A stretch of 64,000 bases of DNA from Antechinus flavipes (GCF_016432865.1 NC_067398.1:678094001-678158000); one strand, 5' to 3'; shown: positions 37,117-50,990, numbered from the stretch's first letter. Program-made: numbers and translations. The notes: a model not told the origin generated them from the sequence alone.

Positions 37117-39980
37117 CCTAAGGACAGTCCAGCAGGATCATAATGGCAGCAGGACCATGGATAGATACATCCTCTGCAAGAAGAGATGTCATAGAGATCA
37201 GCAGTATCTCTGTGATAGGGTCCACCATGGGGAATCTCTATTTTTGGCATAGCAGCAGTGGTTGTCTCCATGGAGACAGCTCCTAGCTCAGTTTCCGCTC
37301 AGTCTACCAGCCTCCCTATAGCACCTGCTGCAGATACAGTCCAAAGATACTCAGAATAACCATCTCATTTCTTTCAAGAGTCCCAGATGCCCCTGGGGCT
37401 TCTACAGGAGTGACTCCAGGTACTGGTATCCTCCCTCTTAACTATAACCTCAAGTGAATTCATAATCATCCCAGGCTCCAGGATACATTTATAAATCAGC
37501 CCCCAACGGACAGTCTCCTTCACTGTCCCTGGGGTCACACTAAGTGCAGCCACCACAACAGAGTAGGTTATAGTCAATGCATGGCATCCAGAGAACTCCA
37601 GTTGATTCCTTCCATATGGGTGCCTCTACCATAACTTTCCCTCTGTCTTCATCTGGCCCAGTATTCAGTAGCAAAGTCACAGAGATGCATCCCATTTCAA
37701 ATCTGACATGGACAATATTTGCCACCTCAGAGGATGAGATAGGATCTGAGTTCAGACATGGGCTCTTTTCTATCCTGAATAATTCCCAAAGCACTCTGGG
37801 AGTGAGCACAAGTACTGCTACTCTCTTCACAATCATATAAATAGCCATATGACAATAGATCATATTATATCATCCAGCTCCAACCCTGAGGTCATAGACA
37901 CTCCTCCATCACTCCAGGAAAGCACTCTGGCAGGATGAGAATACTGGAGACTCCTTGGTCTCAGAAAATGATTTCCTTGGTTGCCAGTGTGAGATAGGAG
38001 CTGGGGTATTGCACCATTCTCCTATCTCCCCCTGCCTTCCTGGAAATGATTCCTGTTTTGACTGGAGAGCAGAGAATGAATGGTGCCTCTCTTATACTGT
38101 GGATACCCTAAATCCTGAAGAGGAAGGGGTATCATGACTTCCACTGAAGGCTTCTTCCCTACTACCAGCACAAAGACCAATCCAGATGTGACCTCCACAA
38201 TCATCTTCATGATTGAAGCAAATTCAGAAGTCTTAAGAGATCAGCACAGACCCACATGAATACTCCTGTTCTGTGAGACCACAGTTTGCCAGGTCACAAA
38301 TTTAAGTGGAGGATCTGACACTGGCTTACATATGGACAGTACCTTAACCCATAGCACAGATGTTACAGGGACTAGTCTTGGAGCAGAGATGTCTTCCTCC
38401 CACATGGAGCCAACAATAGCAGCTGAAGCCTCCTCTAATAATGTTTCTGTGGCTGGCAATGAAGAAAGTATAATTGTTCCATGGTTCTATACAACAGCTG
38501 AAGCTGTATGCTAAGCACTAGTCTTAATTGCTAGTAGACTCTCACTCCAGCAACATCAGCTGTCCTAGGGACTGAGGGTAGAAGTCTGAATTACAGCAGC
38601 AAAGTCATCAACAACCTCCTTACCTCCTGTCTGCTCAGTATCCTGAGCTCCCAAGTGTAGGAGGAGAGACCAATGACCATATGTTCTTTCCTAAACTTTC
38701 CGCTTCCTCAGTGATTGATACTGTGACTACAGGATTTATCTGCTACACCTTTTAGCTCAATCTTGGTGGAAACCAGAGATACACAGCTGACAAATTTAGG
38801 GATCAGCTTAGTTCTCCCCACGACTACGGCATTTATGGAAGCTACAGTCAGAGCTCTCACATCTGCTATGATAGGAGAAGGCACTGGAAGGAGCTTAATT
38901 GAACCACCCAGCATCAGTATAGGAAAGATTCCAGCATCCTCTAGGGACAGAGTATTTATAGGGACAAGCTCTGCATCCCTGTAGTCACCCTTGACCACAG
39001 ATAAAGAGGTCAGTATTAAATCAGTTTTAGCTTCAGTTCCTGGGATGCCATGTTTCCCCACACAAACCTCCCAACAATATCTGATACAGACTCCATCAAA
39101 TTCAGCTTCTGGAGCAATAGGTCTCTCAGTTACCAATCTCTTTAACACTGACATTTCCATCAACTCTTCAAACAATTGTGGAGGCCAAGTCACCATTTTT
39201 CTGACCCTTCATATGTTAGGACCATCTCTGGCACAGAGACTACTAAGCCATCTCCCCATATTCTATTTTCTTTCTGGGAGCCTCCTGACTGATGGCACAA
39301 CTTTTGATTCAGTCTCAAGCTCAGATATGGTTCTTTCTATTCCCTCCTCTAAAGACCACCTCAGTGGAAGCACACACTAGCTGCTTCTGCCACTGTCTGT
39401 TTGGCTTGTCATCTTCAGGGGATAGAATCTATGGCGGCAGAGGGTGGGGGTTCAGGAACAAGTATAGCCATAGGCATAGCATCAGGGACCACCCTCACTG
39501 TGACTTTGATCACTTCCCTTATTAAAGCTACAACTCCTATCGGCATAGATACTCCATTAGGAATAAATTCAGGTACTCCTAACAACCAGCCTACTAGTGG
39601 CAGCAGAAACCAGCATTCCTACCCTCACTGAATTTGTCCTTGAGTGAATTTGCCCCTTCCTTTGAGTCTTCCACAGAAGCAGATACCCCCATACCATAGA
39701 ATGTGCCCATAAACGAAGACACCTTTCCTTTCTCTACCAAATCTATATCCTAGACAATGGATTCCTTGAAATTCTTCCTCTGAGTCTCCAGTAATGTTTA
39801 GTGCTACTACTTAATCAGAAGGGAGCACAGAAGGATTCAAATACCCTATCTTTATCTGGCAACTAGACACTCTAGACATCAACCTCTACACTCCAGATGC
39901 CATCTTGGGAGGCATCGAAAATGGGACAGTGCAAGTTTCTTCCCCATGTGTTGTTCCTTACATCTCTGTTGTATTCACAA
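37117..39980 (+). pseudogene. Decayed large mucin exon, paralog of the array L exons
   Basis: Start resembles the L-exon start (ggagacagctcctagctcagtttccgctcag ~37272). End gtattcacaa|gtacg matches the L7 end. Many stops and frameshifts. Confidence 0.75.
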
Positions 39981-40464
39981 GTACGAATCAGTTCCTGTCT
40001 GCCCTTCTGGGGATCTCACTAGGCCACAGGAAGTAGGGAACTGTTCTGCCCTGAAATGACGAACTATGTCTATGAAACAGGCTGGAATCTACTGTCTTAA
40101 CAGATCCTTTTAGAGATTTGTGTTTGGGCCTCCAAAGGCCCTAAACTTGGGACTGTACCAGATAGACTTTGGTGGTCAGTTACTCCAATCCTACACATAA
40201 CGATCACCTTGATATCCTTGGTGAAATTAAAACCCTTTTTTTCCACTTAACCAACATAGTTACTGAATAAGTGCTAAATGCTTATTTTGTAAGGCAGATA
40301 TTTGGAAGGGATATTCCCCAGAGTTAGAGTAAGTTGTGTGGCAAACTTGAATGTGCTTTGTCACTAAAAATTCTTTGTAAATGTCAGTTATAAGATGAGG
40401 AAGGGAAGGAATAAGCATATAGTACCTCTTTTTTGTCATGCTAAGTGATTTTTTTTTTACAAAT

Positions 40465-40620
40465 ATTATTTTATTTTCACAACCACTCTGTGAGGTAATT
40501 GATGTTATTATCCCCATCTTTCAGTGTAGGAAACTGAGGTAAATAGAATTTAAGTGACTTGTATAAAGTCACCCAGCTAGTATCTAAGGCTGAATTTGAA
40601 CTTTATCTTGATTCTAGTCA
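40465..40620 (-). mobile_element. MIR-type SINE
   Basis: ttatccccatc...aggaaactgaggtaaatagaatttaagtgacttg. Confidence 0.6.
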
Positions 40621-40717
40621 GAACTGCAGGTAAAAAATATAAACCTCCATTTTCCCTTTCTCAGATGGATGGGTATTCAGTCCACCTGGGACTTCTCTAG
40701 GGCAAAATCCATTTCTT

Positions 40718-41001
40718 TTTTTTTTTAATAGCTTTTTATTTACAAATATATGCATAGGCAATTTTTTAGCATTGACAGTTGCAAATTCTTTTGTTTCAAC
40801 TTTTCCCCTCCTTCCCCCCACCCCTTCCCACAGATGTCAGGTTGATCAATACACGTTAAATATGTTAAAGTATAAGTTAAATACAATATATGTATACATG
40901 TCCAAACATGTATTAAAAGAGTCAGACTTTGAAATAGTGTACAATTAGCCTGTGAAGGAAATCAAAAATGCAGGCAGACAAAAATAGAGGGATTAGGAAA
41001 T
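40718..41001 (-). mobile_element. 5'-truncated young L1 (3' end) with 15-bp TSD
   Basis: Poly-T then tagctttttatttac...; caaaatccatttctt at 40703-40717 and 41002-41016. Confidence 0.8.
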
Positions 41002-41691
41002 CAAAATCCATTTCTTAAAGATTTACAAGACTACGTCTCTGATTAGGCTATGATTTCTAGCAGTTTTATTTTCATTTCTTGGGCTGTTACATTTTATCCA
41101 TAGTTGCTTTTCAGCCCTATTATATCTTGATATAATGTAACCTCCCTGAAAGTAGACACTGTAATTTTTATCATTGTATCTCCTGTGCCTTGTATAGTTT
41201 CTGCTACATACTAAATGCTTCCTGGATAAATGCTATTGAATATCTACTTTTTCCCCCTATGAAGATGGACTGTCTACTGATTAGCCATGGGTTCTAGGGT
41301 TTAGGAGCTTCTCAGGGACTCTTTAAGATTTTGACAGCTTGCTTTGTAAGCACACATTTAGAATTAGGTGTCCCCCCTCCCTGTGTGTTCATTCAAGTGA
41401 ATTTGAATGTGTTGCCCAGCTGACACCAAAAGAGCTTTGTAGGGGTGGGATGAGGTAGAAGCAATTCATCTGGAGAATGGCAAGGGCTAGTCCCCATTTC
41501 TAAATCTGGCAAGGAGAGACAACAGTTGATAGAGCAGAGAAAGGAGACAAGAAAAATGATAGAAAAAGAGTGGCATGATGCCCAAAGCCATTTTGGAATG
41601 AAGGAAGGAACAAGGTATACCCCTATCTTGTTGCTCTCCATTGCTTCTGACATGCCTGAGTCCCGGCTTCTTCCTTCATCCTTTTCTTTAG

Positions 41692-41805
41692 ATACTGATG
41701 CTAGTGTGGCACCTGTCAGCCATATCCCAGACCAGAAGACATCTGAAGGCCCATGGGCATCGACACGTGATTCACAGGCACCCATATCTACTGTCAGTCC
41801 CACGG
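41692..41805 (+). CDS. Small exon, 114 nt (TDASVAPVSHIPDQKTSEGPWASTRDSQAPISTVSPT)
   Basis: cttttctttag|AT ... ACG G|GTAAGT; phase 1-1. Confidence 0.8.
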
Positions 41806-41899
41806 GTAAGTAGAAGTCTTTATGCTCCTCCTCCTGAGCATTCAGACTTTCTCAATCTCCAATCCTGATTTTTGGAGACAACTAACAGATACAAGGCAT

Positions 41900-42120
41900 T
41901 CCCAAAGTTTTAGTGCACTAGGAGGTTAAATTAGGTTAACTGAACCACCCAAACACCAGTCTGGGGAAGATTCCAGCCTCTTCCAAAGGCAGAGCATTCA
42001 CAGGGATGAGTCCTTTATTCCAAAAGCCACTTTGATCAGGGATACAGAAACTAATGCTACATCAGGTTTGACTTCAGTTACCAGAAACACTAAGAGGTTA
42101 ACTGAACCATCCAGCACTAA
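41900..42120 (+). pseudogene. Short relic of a large mucin exon
   Basis: ttaactgaaccacccaaacaccagtctggggaagattccagc resembles 38895-38940 of the decayed exon. Confidence 0.4.
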
Positions 42121-42149
42121 GACTTTTTGGGATGTCCTATATATGTGTT

Positions 42150-42310
42150 TAAAACTTCCAAGATGTTGTAAAGTGTTTTACATATACTGTTTTATTTAAT
42201 CCTCACAAGAACCCTGTGAAAGGTAGATGTTATTATTAACTCCATTTTGCAGATAAGGAAATCGTGACTGAGCATGTAGGTGCCTTGTCCAGGGTTGCAC
42301 AGATAGTAAT
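42150..42310 (-). mobile_element. MIR-type SINE
   Basis: tttaatcctcacaagaaccctgtga...ccattttgcagataaggaaa. Confidence 0.6.
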
Positions 42311-42689
42311 AGTCTCTTTATTCTCTCTTCTCTCAAGATTTTCAGAACATTGATTTCTCTTGGTTCTTCTCCTACCTCTCTGATAGTTCCTCGATCTCCT
42401 TCACTGGATCATCCCCTCTAATCATAGGAAGGTTCTAAAATAAAAAAATCAATTATCTTTGACAGTCACTTTTTTCTTCTGTGAAGATGGACCTTGTCTA
42501 TTGATCAGCCATGGGCTCTAGGCTTTGGGATTTTAAGATTTTTGGCAGTTTGCTCTGTAAGTGGACATTTGGAATTAGGTACCCCCCCTCTCCCTGTGTG
42601 ATCATTTAAGTGAATTTAAATATGTTACCCAGCTGACATCCAAGTTAGAAATGGAGAGTTCTCAGAGGGGGATGATCATACCCTGTAAT

Positions 42690-42815
42690 CATAGGTGTCC
42701 CTCAGGGCTCTGTCTTGGACTCTCTTCTCTTTTTCCCCTACACTACTTGACTTGGTGATCTCAGAAGCTCCTGTGGATTGAATTACCATTTCTATGGTGA
42801 TGATTCTCAAATCCC
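42690..42815 (+). mobile_element. L2 LINE reverse-transcriptase fragment
   Basis: ggtgtccctcagggctctgtcttgg (GVPQGSVLG) and ttctatggtgatgattctcaaatc (FYGDDSQI, YADD-like). Confidence 0.55.
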
Positions 42816-43306
42816 TCATTTTGTGGATGAGGAAACTGAGGAATAGAGGAGTAATCGGTTTGCCCAATGTCACACTGTAGTAAGTATCCCAAGTCAAGAA
42901 ATTGAACCCAGATCTAGGTCCTTCTATTTCAAGAGATATTTTTATTTCACCATTGTTACCTCATTGGTGAATTCTCTCACCTGGCCTTTTCTTCTTGGAT
43001 CTCTTTATTTTGGACTATTTTGGGACCCTGACTTCAAAACTCTCTGTTAAGTCAATTAATGCACAGGAGGGTGTTCTAATGGTCCTTGCTGCTCTCCTTC
43101 TTGTTGGTGAAGACTGATGATCTTTAGGCAAGTATGGAATTGTCCAAATTTGAGCTACAATATTGAAAGGTGGACCTTTCCTAGAGTCAGGGTAGTAATA
43201 ATAAATAACAGAAATTAGTCCATAGAGGTACAATGTATTTGTTTTCATGTACACCATGAGTCAGACATACTGATCCTCTGGCCCCTCCCCTCATTCCCTT
43301 CTGCAG

Positions 43307-43420
43307 GCAAAGAGCCTGATGTGATACCCATCACACAAATCCCAGACCAAGGAGCAACAGAAGGCCTTGCAGCACTGACAAGTAGTCCTCCAGCACTCAT
43401 AGACACCCTTAGTACTACAG
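43307..43420 (+). CDS. Small exon, 114 nt (KEPDVIPITQIPDQGATEGLAALTSSPPALIDTLSTT)
   Basis: cccttctgcag|GC ... ACA G|GTAAGT; phase 1-1; absent from ORF track. Confidence 0.8.
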
Positions 43421-44510
43421 GTAAGTAGAAATCCTCCTTTCTATTTTCTCTACTGAATGATTGTTACTTCTACTCTTTGGAGTTAATAGAATGAATCACC
43501 TCCAGAGACTGAAATGAAGAGACCTTTGAGAGAAGAGTTTGGCATCGAGGTCCGTGTGGCAGTAATTGCTTTCTTGATTTCTTTCCCTGAGCATATTAGG
43601 TATGCTTCTCTTGTCTTTGGGAAAAATATTTTGGGTATGAACAAGATAGGCATCGTTCTGCAGTTCAACTAGAGGAGGCCAGTTGTGCCTGAACATTTAT
43701 TACATTCCCTGTTCTCACCCTCTATTAGAATTCATTTGGAATAAAGCAAGAATATTGATAACAACAGACAATATCCTTTCAGAATATTATTATGTTTGGT
43801 AAACTTCTAATGAAAACTGGAGGCTGGTAGCTACATGTCAAAGATAATGATTTTTTTGATTTGGGGATCTTTCCTTACTAAGACTTTAGTTAAGCAAGCT
43901 AATTTGTGGAATTTTGGATGAAGTCTGTAACAGGTCAGTTCCCTGTTCCATGTTTCTGGATTAGATATCAAGGGGATTTCAACTAAAAAATGATAGTTTA
44001 TGTCTCTCAGTAAATGCTTTCCCCTCTCATTCAATTCATTCATTTGTTCTTCATGCATGTATGCATTCATTCTTTAACCTTTTATGAGATCAGGAGATTC
44101 TAAGGATTTAAAATATCAGTCTTGGGATAGAGCATGACCCCTCTGTGGGATTGTGAATCCTTTAATTGATCAATGTCATCTCCCCAGCGCAGCAACAGTC
44201 ATGGTCCTTTGGTTAATAATCTTACTCACAGGGAAGAGGTTCCCATGTGAACCATTGAAGGAGAAAGTTAAGTGATGAGGATGGTTTCTCAAGGAGGAAT
44301 TAGTTTATTAAATAGAAATGAGGATGAATAACCTTCCCTGTTTCCTTACCTATATCCTTGCACATGTCCCAACCAACTGCTCAATCACAACATTCCCCAG
44401 CAAAAGCATCCAGTCAGGAGACTCATGTTCCATATCCTGAGACTCTCTGAGGCTCACCATCATTTCTGTGATCAGCTCTATTAGAGCTTCTTTTTCAAAT
44501 ACTTCAACAG

Positions 44511-47500
44511 AGGTAGTTGCCATGGAAACACTTCCTCCTACTCAGCCCATGAGCAACTATGTACCTATTGGTACAAGTAACCAACGAATTGAGACACCTA
44601 CAGAATCTAACTTTTCTTCAATAGGAACCACTGCTTCAATAGGAATCACTGTGCCCAAGACATTCGAAGGAGTGAACATGGGTACGAGCAGCCTCTTGCT
44701 CCCTTTGACTTCAGTTGATCCCACAGCTACCTCTGACTCAAGTATTGTATTAAAGACCAACCAGCCTGGGACACTTTCCTCTCCTCTCCCAGTGATCACA
44801 TCTAGAGCTACCATGGCTACCATGGAGAGCACGAGTACGGAACCAATATCAAGGTCAATTCCATCAGATGTTCTCCAGACAACTATCTCAGTTTCAGGGG
44901 TGGGCATCAGCTCCCCTGCTTTCCTGTCCTCCTCTCCTTCACCAACGAGTATGAAAGAAATGGGGGAAAGTTTTGCGCCAACTCCAATGCAAGCTGAGAT
45001 TGCAACCCCAGAGAAGTCAGACACCCAGACGCGAACAGAATCTGGTTCAGCTGCTTGGCCCACTCCTGCCGTAAACATCATCCCAAGTGCTGCTACAGGA
45101 GGCACAAGTGCATCCTTGGCATCTACAGAAGGGAAAAGTGGGCTCATAACATTATCTGTTTCCTTTGTGGAGAGTACATATAAACCCCAGGCAATACCCA
45201 AAGAGCAAACACATTCCATGGAACCCTCAACTCTTTCATGGCCAGAGATAACATCTACTGTTGCCCCCCATGATGTAAGACAGGAAGACAACCACTCCAC
45301 AACTAACTCATTTCTTGGGACAGGTGCCCCAACAAGCCAAACTGCACCTCTTGCTACTGAACCCACTAAGACCTCACATCCTGAGGGAGTGACCAGTTCA
45401 ATTGAACCAGTGACTGCACACACAGCTTTTCCTCCTAGTGCCAGTCCAGAAGAGATCCGAGATTTGACCACTCATGATAACAGGCATCTGGGTAGTAGTT
45501 TGGTCTCCAAAACCACCCCTGTGCTTGAGATGAGTATGGCGGGTAGTGCTAAAGGATCAGCTGCTAGCACAACTTTTCCTGCTGAGACCTCAGCTGACCT
45601 CCAGGAAAGTCCTACTAAAGAGTCTAGCACAGGGCCAGAAGGCTTTGCCACTCTCCTTCTTCCCACAGGGCCCAGACTTGGAACTGAAACAGCCTTGACC
45701 CCTGTATCAACAATGGCAGTTGAAGATACTTTTACCAGTAGTAACTCTGTGACTCCTACAGAAGAAAGAACAATCAGCACCTCATCTTCTACCACATCTG
45801 AAAGTACATCTCTTATCATGACTAGGATGGGTAGCACCTCTACTTGGTCAAAAATCCTCAGTTCATCACCCACCACGGCTTCATCCAGGATTATCCACAT
45901 ACCTGAGGACATCAGCTCAGCTTCTCCTAGTGCAGACAGTACAAGTCCCATCCAAAGCAACAAGGTCATAGACATTGTTCCTCATTTTGTTGGGACCACT
46001 CATAGCCTTGAGCACCCAAAGACATTGGCAGAGAGCAGCACTAGTGGTCTATCAACCACTTTCTTATCACTTAAATCACCCATATCCTCAGCTACATCTA
46101 TTGGAAGACCAGAACTATTGAGCATTTCTACTGGCTCAACTACAAGGGAAATGATGACTCAGGGTATCCCACCTGAAGACTTAGAGGTGACCTCAGATTC
46201 TCCCTTGACCACTTTGAACATGGCGGCCATGGCTAGCACTGTCACAGCCATGGAGATGGAAGGAATGTCTTCAGTTCCTCTATGGCCCACCATAGATATT
46301 CAAGTGAGCTCAGTCCAACCTCCTAGTAGCAGCACTAAAGATCTCCCTCAACAAAGCACACTCATTTTCCAGTCCCCCACCACAGCTAAATCCATGGATC
46401 TCATCCCCACAGGAACAGATATTACCACATCATCACCACAGACTGACTCTTCTTCAACTTCTGTGGCCTTATCTGGGATTACTTCCAAGATTACTACTGA
46501 GGACATGAGTTTAACTGCTCCTGGGACAGAAAGTCTCATCAAAAGCAGTGAGGTTATAAATAGAACTCCTCTTTCTATGATCACTGACAGTCCTGAACTT
46601 CCAAGCACAGAGGCAGAGAACAGTACAGGAGCCCCACTGACCACTGTGTCACTTCAACCTCTCATGTCCTCACTAGCTGTTACAGGTCCTCTGAGCATCT
46701 CTGCTGATAGAACTTCCCCAGAGACTATGGCTCATAGTGTTCCACAGACAGACACAGAGATAAGCTCCGATCTTTCCTTGACCACCTTGCTTATGGTGAC
46801 AACAGTCAACACTTTCACAACTGTAGTTATGGGAGAGATGTTATCTCCAGTAAATAAGATTCACTCAACCCTATCTCCTGGTGTCAGCAGCTCCATGGCT
46901 GTCCCTGAACAAAGCACAGCTATTCCACAGCATTCTGCTACAACTGAAGCTGTAATGCTCACCTCCACTAGATCAGATGCCGCTACTATTTGGCCACAGA
47001 CTATCCCTCCTTCAACTCCAGTAGGCTTATCTATGGTTACCCACGTGGCTGAGGATGTGGGTTCATCTACCCTTATCACTGAAAAAACAAATCTCGCCTT
47101 TAGCAGCAAGGTCACAGACATGATCCCTCTCTTTCCTGTAACTACACTCACTTCTGAACTCCCAAGTATAGTGACAGAGAACAGCACAGATGTCCCACTG
47201 ATGACCACTCCTTCTAAAACTCCTGTTTTATTAGATATTACCTCTGAAAGAACAAGCCAATTGAGCACCCTTGCTGATTCAGCTTCCTGGGGGCCTACAA
47301 CTCATTCAGAAATGAGCTCAAATCTCCCTCTGGCCACAGCCAGCACTGACACAGACATGGTGATAAGAGAAATATCAGACATTCCAGGGCCTAGCCCAGA
47401 AACTGAAGTGCACACCACCCTTCCTCCTGGCACTATTTCAGAAAAGATCTCAAGCTCTGAGCCCATGTTTCCCAGGGAGATAAGTCCTGCCACCCAGCAG

Positions 47501-48485
47501 GTTGTTGTGACCACAATGATCCCTTCTTATTTTGGACAAGAATCAAGTCTGATTTCTATTACTCAGGCTGAGCCATCTGAAACTCAAAGAGCAATAGTTA
47601 CCCAAGTTCCACTGGAAAGTTACACAAAATCTCCCTTGTCTCCTACTGAAGCTGAGACCACTAGAATAGGGGCCATAACAACTCCTACTCTGGCATCTGA
47701 ACTGGGGAACATCCAGTCTTCCACGGGTACCATCTCAGGCTCAGAGGTCAACATGACCTATTCTACTTTGTCATCTTCCTTGGAAAGTCCTAGAACACAA
47801 ACTACTAGTCCTGAGAGAGTAGCAAGTTTTTCTCTGGCACTATCCACTTTGCCAACTGAGAAATCATTGGCAGCAGGTACTTATTCACCAATCTCTATTT
47901 CCACAATGCTTTCTGAAATCACTGCACCAAAGACCAGTGCTCAAAGATCTGAAAATCAGAGCACAGCTCCCCTGGAAGCTGGCACAGCTCCAGCAGTGGG
48001 GACCAGTCCTGCTGTGACCTTGATCCCTTCACAGTCAAAGGTCATGACTTCTATCAGCATGGAAATGGAAACCATGTCAAGTTCAGCTGCCTCATCACCA
48101 ATAAAAACAAGCTCTCCAAGTCTAAATGACATCACATTAGATGATAATTCCCTGAAGCCCTCCGCAAAAACAGTGACTGCCAGCCTTGCCCATGATTCTC
48201 CAAGTCAAAGCCTAAATGTCTCTCCTACTGTTACCATTTCTGCAGCCTTGATAAGTTCCAGTCCGCCTGGGACTGCTCCCTCTAGGGAAGGATCAGAGAA
48301 AGCCACTTTTATTGCAGAATCAGTGGAAACAACTCTAGCTGTCACTCTGTCTCCAGCAAGAATACAGGAAGCCTGGACATCATCACCTCCTTCCCCAGCA
48401 TCAACAGCCCCAGAGGGTAACAGTGCTATGGCAGGAATAGCCTCTATTTCTGCTCTCGTACCTGCCAGCTCCACTCTGTTCACAA
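44511..48485 (+). CDS. Mucin large exon, 3975 nt
   Basis: cttctttttcaaatacttcaacag|AG acceptor (in-frame TGA upstream at 44438); TTC ACA A|GTAAGC donor; 1325 codons. Confidence 0.8.
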
Positions 48486-48976
48486 GTAAGCAGACTCCTA
48501 ATTAAGAGGATGTTGATGAGGCCTTGAAGGAGACAGATGGGTGGAATCTATAGTAGAATGAGAATCACATTTGGGCAAAGACATTAATATCATAGCCAAT
48601 TAATTTCTCTTTGGATGTCTGTTTTGGGCTACTTTGGTGCCGGAACTTCAAGGTTGTATCTGTTAGATCAGCATAATTGTTCTAGTCTATCTCATCTCCC
48701 AGTGAGAAGATTGTCTAGGGTCTCAGATCCCAAAGATTTTCTGATTTCTTGTTGCTAAAATTAAGATATTTCCAGTTATTTTAAGATATAATGGGACTGT
48801 TTGGTACTGAAATAATGCTTTGGAGGAGAAACTTTCATTAGCCAGTAAGAAGGAAGAAAAAATAGAAGGCATGTAGTTTGGGGTTTCCACTCAGTAAGGA
48901 CAATGTATTTCTTTTGAGTGTCCAGTAATCTGACGTGACTGATCCCTGGGCAACCTTCCCTTATACTTTCCTGCAG

Positions 48977-49081
48977 GTGGTTTGGGGCCTGACACCCATA
49001 TTCCTGATCATGAAGTTCCAGGAGGCACTGCAACCATGACAAATGGACCCCTGATACCTGTGTCCCTTGTCAGTGCCCCAG
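48977..49081 (+). CDS. Small exon, 105 nt (GLGPDTHIPDHEVPGGTATMTNGPLIPVSLVSAP)
   Basis: ctttcctgcag|GT ... CCA G|GTCAGT; phase 1-1. Confidence 0.75.
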
Positions 49082-49329
49082 GTCAGTGGGTGGCTCCTCT
49101 ATCTTTCCTCTGTTGGGGGTTCCACTTTTCTGGGGTCTCATTTCCTGATCTTTGTCAATGACTCATTGGTTCATCTTTGTAACTTCAGAAGAATGGGCTT
49201 CTGGCTTAGGTTTTGAGCTATCAAGGATCAGAATCAGGAAATTTTATATTTGGAAGAGATGTGAGTAATTATTTGGTCTACTCAAAACTGCAGGAGAACC
49301 CCCATACCAGCCTAGCCAACAAGTATCTC

Positions 49330-49660
49330 AAGTATATCTTTTTCTCGAAGACATCACCTGAAGGAGAATCCACTACGTCTCTCACTTTGGGGCAGCTCTC
49401 ACTGTTAGAAAGTTATTTCCTGACATCAAACATAAATTTACCTCTGCATTTTGAATCCATTGCTTTTGTTTTGGCCTCAGGAGATTACCCAAGAAAGTGA
49501 AATACACCATCCGAACAAGAATCATCCAAATACTTGAAGACAGTCAGTATATACCCCCTTTGAGCCATCACTTCTCTGAGTTAAAGTTTCCTCAGTTCCT
49601 TCAACAGATGCTTATATGGATATGGCTTTGATATGCTTCACCATCTTGCTTGTCCTCTGG
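49330..49660 (-). mobile_element. L3/CR1 LINE fragment
   Basis: caaatacttgaagacag...cagttccttcaac, typical of the reverse L3 3' region. Confidence 0.5.
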
Positions 49661-50350
49661 AATCATATATCTAGAAATTGAAGGGACTTTAGTCGACTAG
49701 TGCAGATGTCCTAAAATAGAGTAAATGGAGACCCAGAGTGGACCTTTGCCCAAAATCTCATAAGGAACAAGCATTAAAGATATAGATTAAATCACATTCC
49801 TTTGAAATCCTCCATAACATTTCCTCTCCCATTTCTTTCTTTCTTTCTTTTTTTTTTTTTTTTTTGATGAAGCATGTGGTATAACAATTTTGGAAAAGAT
49901 TTGGTTAGGACTAAGATAGGTATCCATCAATTGAACCTAGGTTAATTTTCTATCCTAATTAATGCCCCTGCCCTAGATATCAGTAGAACTGCAGTTAAGC
50001 ATTAGTTCGTTCTTATCTCTATTCCATAAGCTTTCCTGGAATTTACATGACCTAAAAATGAATCTTGATATGGTTCATTCAGAGGGGTGTTTCATAAACT
50101 AATATGGCCATCCTAATATGGTTATAGCATAGCAATATGTAGCAATCTGTGGTAGAATCCTTAGACTAAAAAGGAGGCTTAATCAAGAATTGAGCTCAAC
50201 TAAAGAATATGGGGAAAATGAGGTGTGGGGGATTGGGATCTATCTTCATACAGAAAGAGCCTGAGAGGCAGTGAGAATCTTTCTAAATGACTCCAAACTT
50301 CCCCCTGTCAACCCTTACACACATCCTTCAACCAATTGCTCTGGTCACAG

Positions 50351-50990
50351 GATTCTCTACCAGGAGTACAGTGACATTGAAGAATGTGAGTGGGTCTGAC
50401 CTGGAAAAAGAATCGACAAATGTCACCAGCACTCCTATGATTGGATCTACTGTGAGAGATTCCATTTCAGACACTACAACAGAAATAGTTGTCATGGAGA
50501 CAACTCCAGGTATAATATCCAGGTTCTCACTATGGCCACTGTAACAGGTGGCATTAGACCTGAGACACATAGGTCAACCACATAATTCCCTTATAGAAAC
50601 CTCAGTTTCCTGAAGGGATCTCACACTAACTTATAGTGTGAGTTACTATGGGCATTGGAAACCCTGCAGTTTCCATGACTCTATTGGATTCCACAGCCAC
50701 CGCAGGTAATTGTGTTCCCTTCAAAATCAGTCCAGCTTGGACAATTTCTTCCATTTTCCCTGCAGACACATCTATAGCAGAAACAGCCCCTAAAGAGTTC
50801 CAACACACCTTTATCTCATGGCCTGCTCCAGTTGATTCTTCCCATACCACTGTCTGAGTTATAGGAATTGAAATCAGCTAAATTTTATCTTTAATCTCAA
50901 CTTTCTATAGCCATCAGTGTCACAGAGATTGAGTCAAGCCCAGATTTGCCTATGAGGCTAATCATCCCAGAGAAACACTATGCCATAAAA
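50351..50990 (+). pseudogene. Decayed/truncated large exon (paralog of the 52301 and 61740 exon starts)
   Basis: ctggtcacag|GATTCTCTACCAGGAG acceptor shared with 52301; frameshift then TAA at 50542-50544; right end approximate. Confidence 0.7.
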
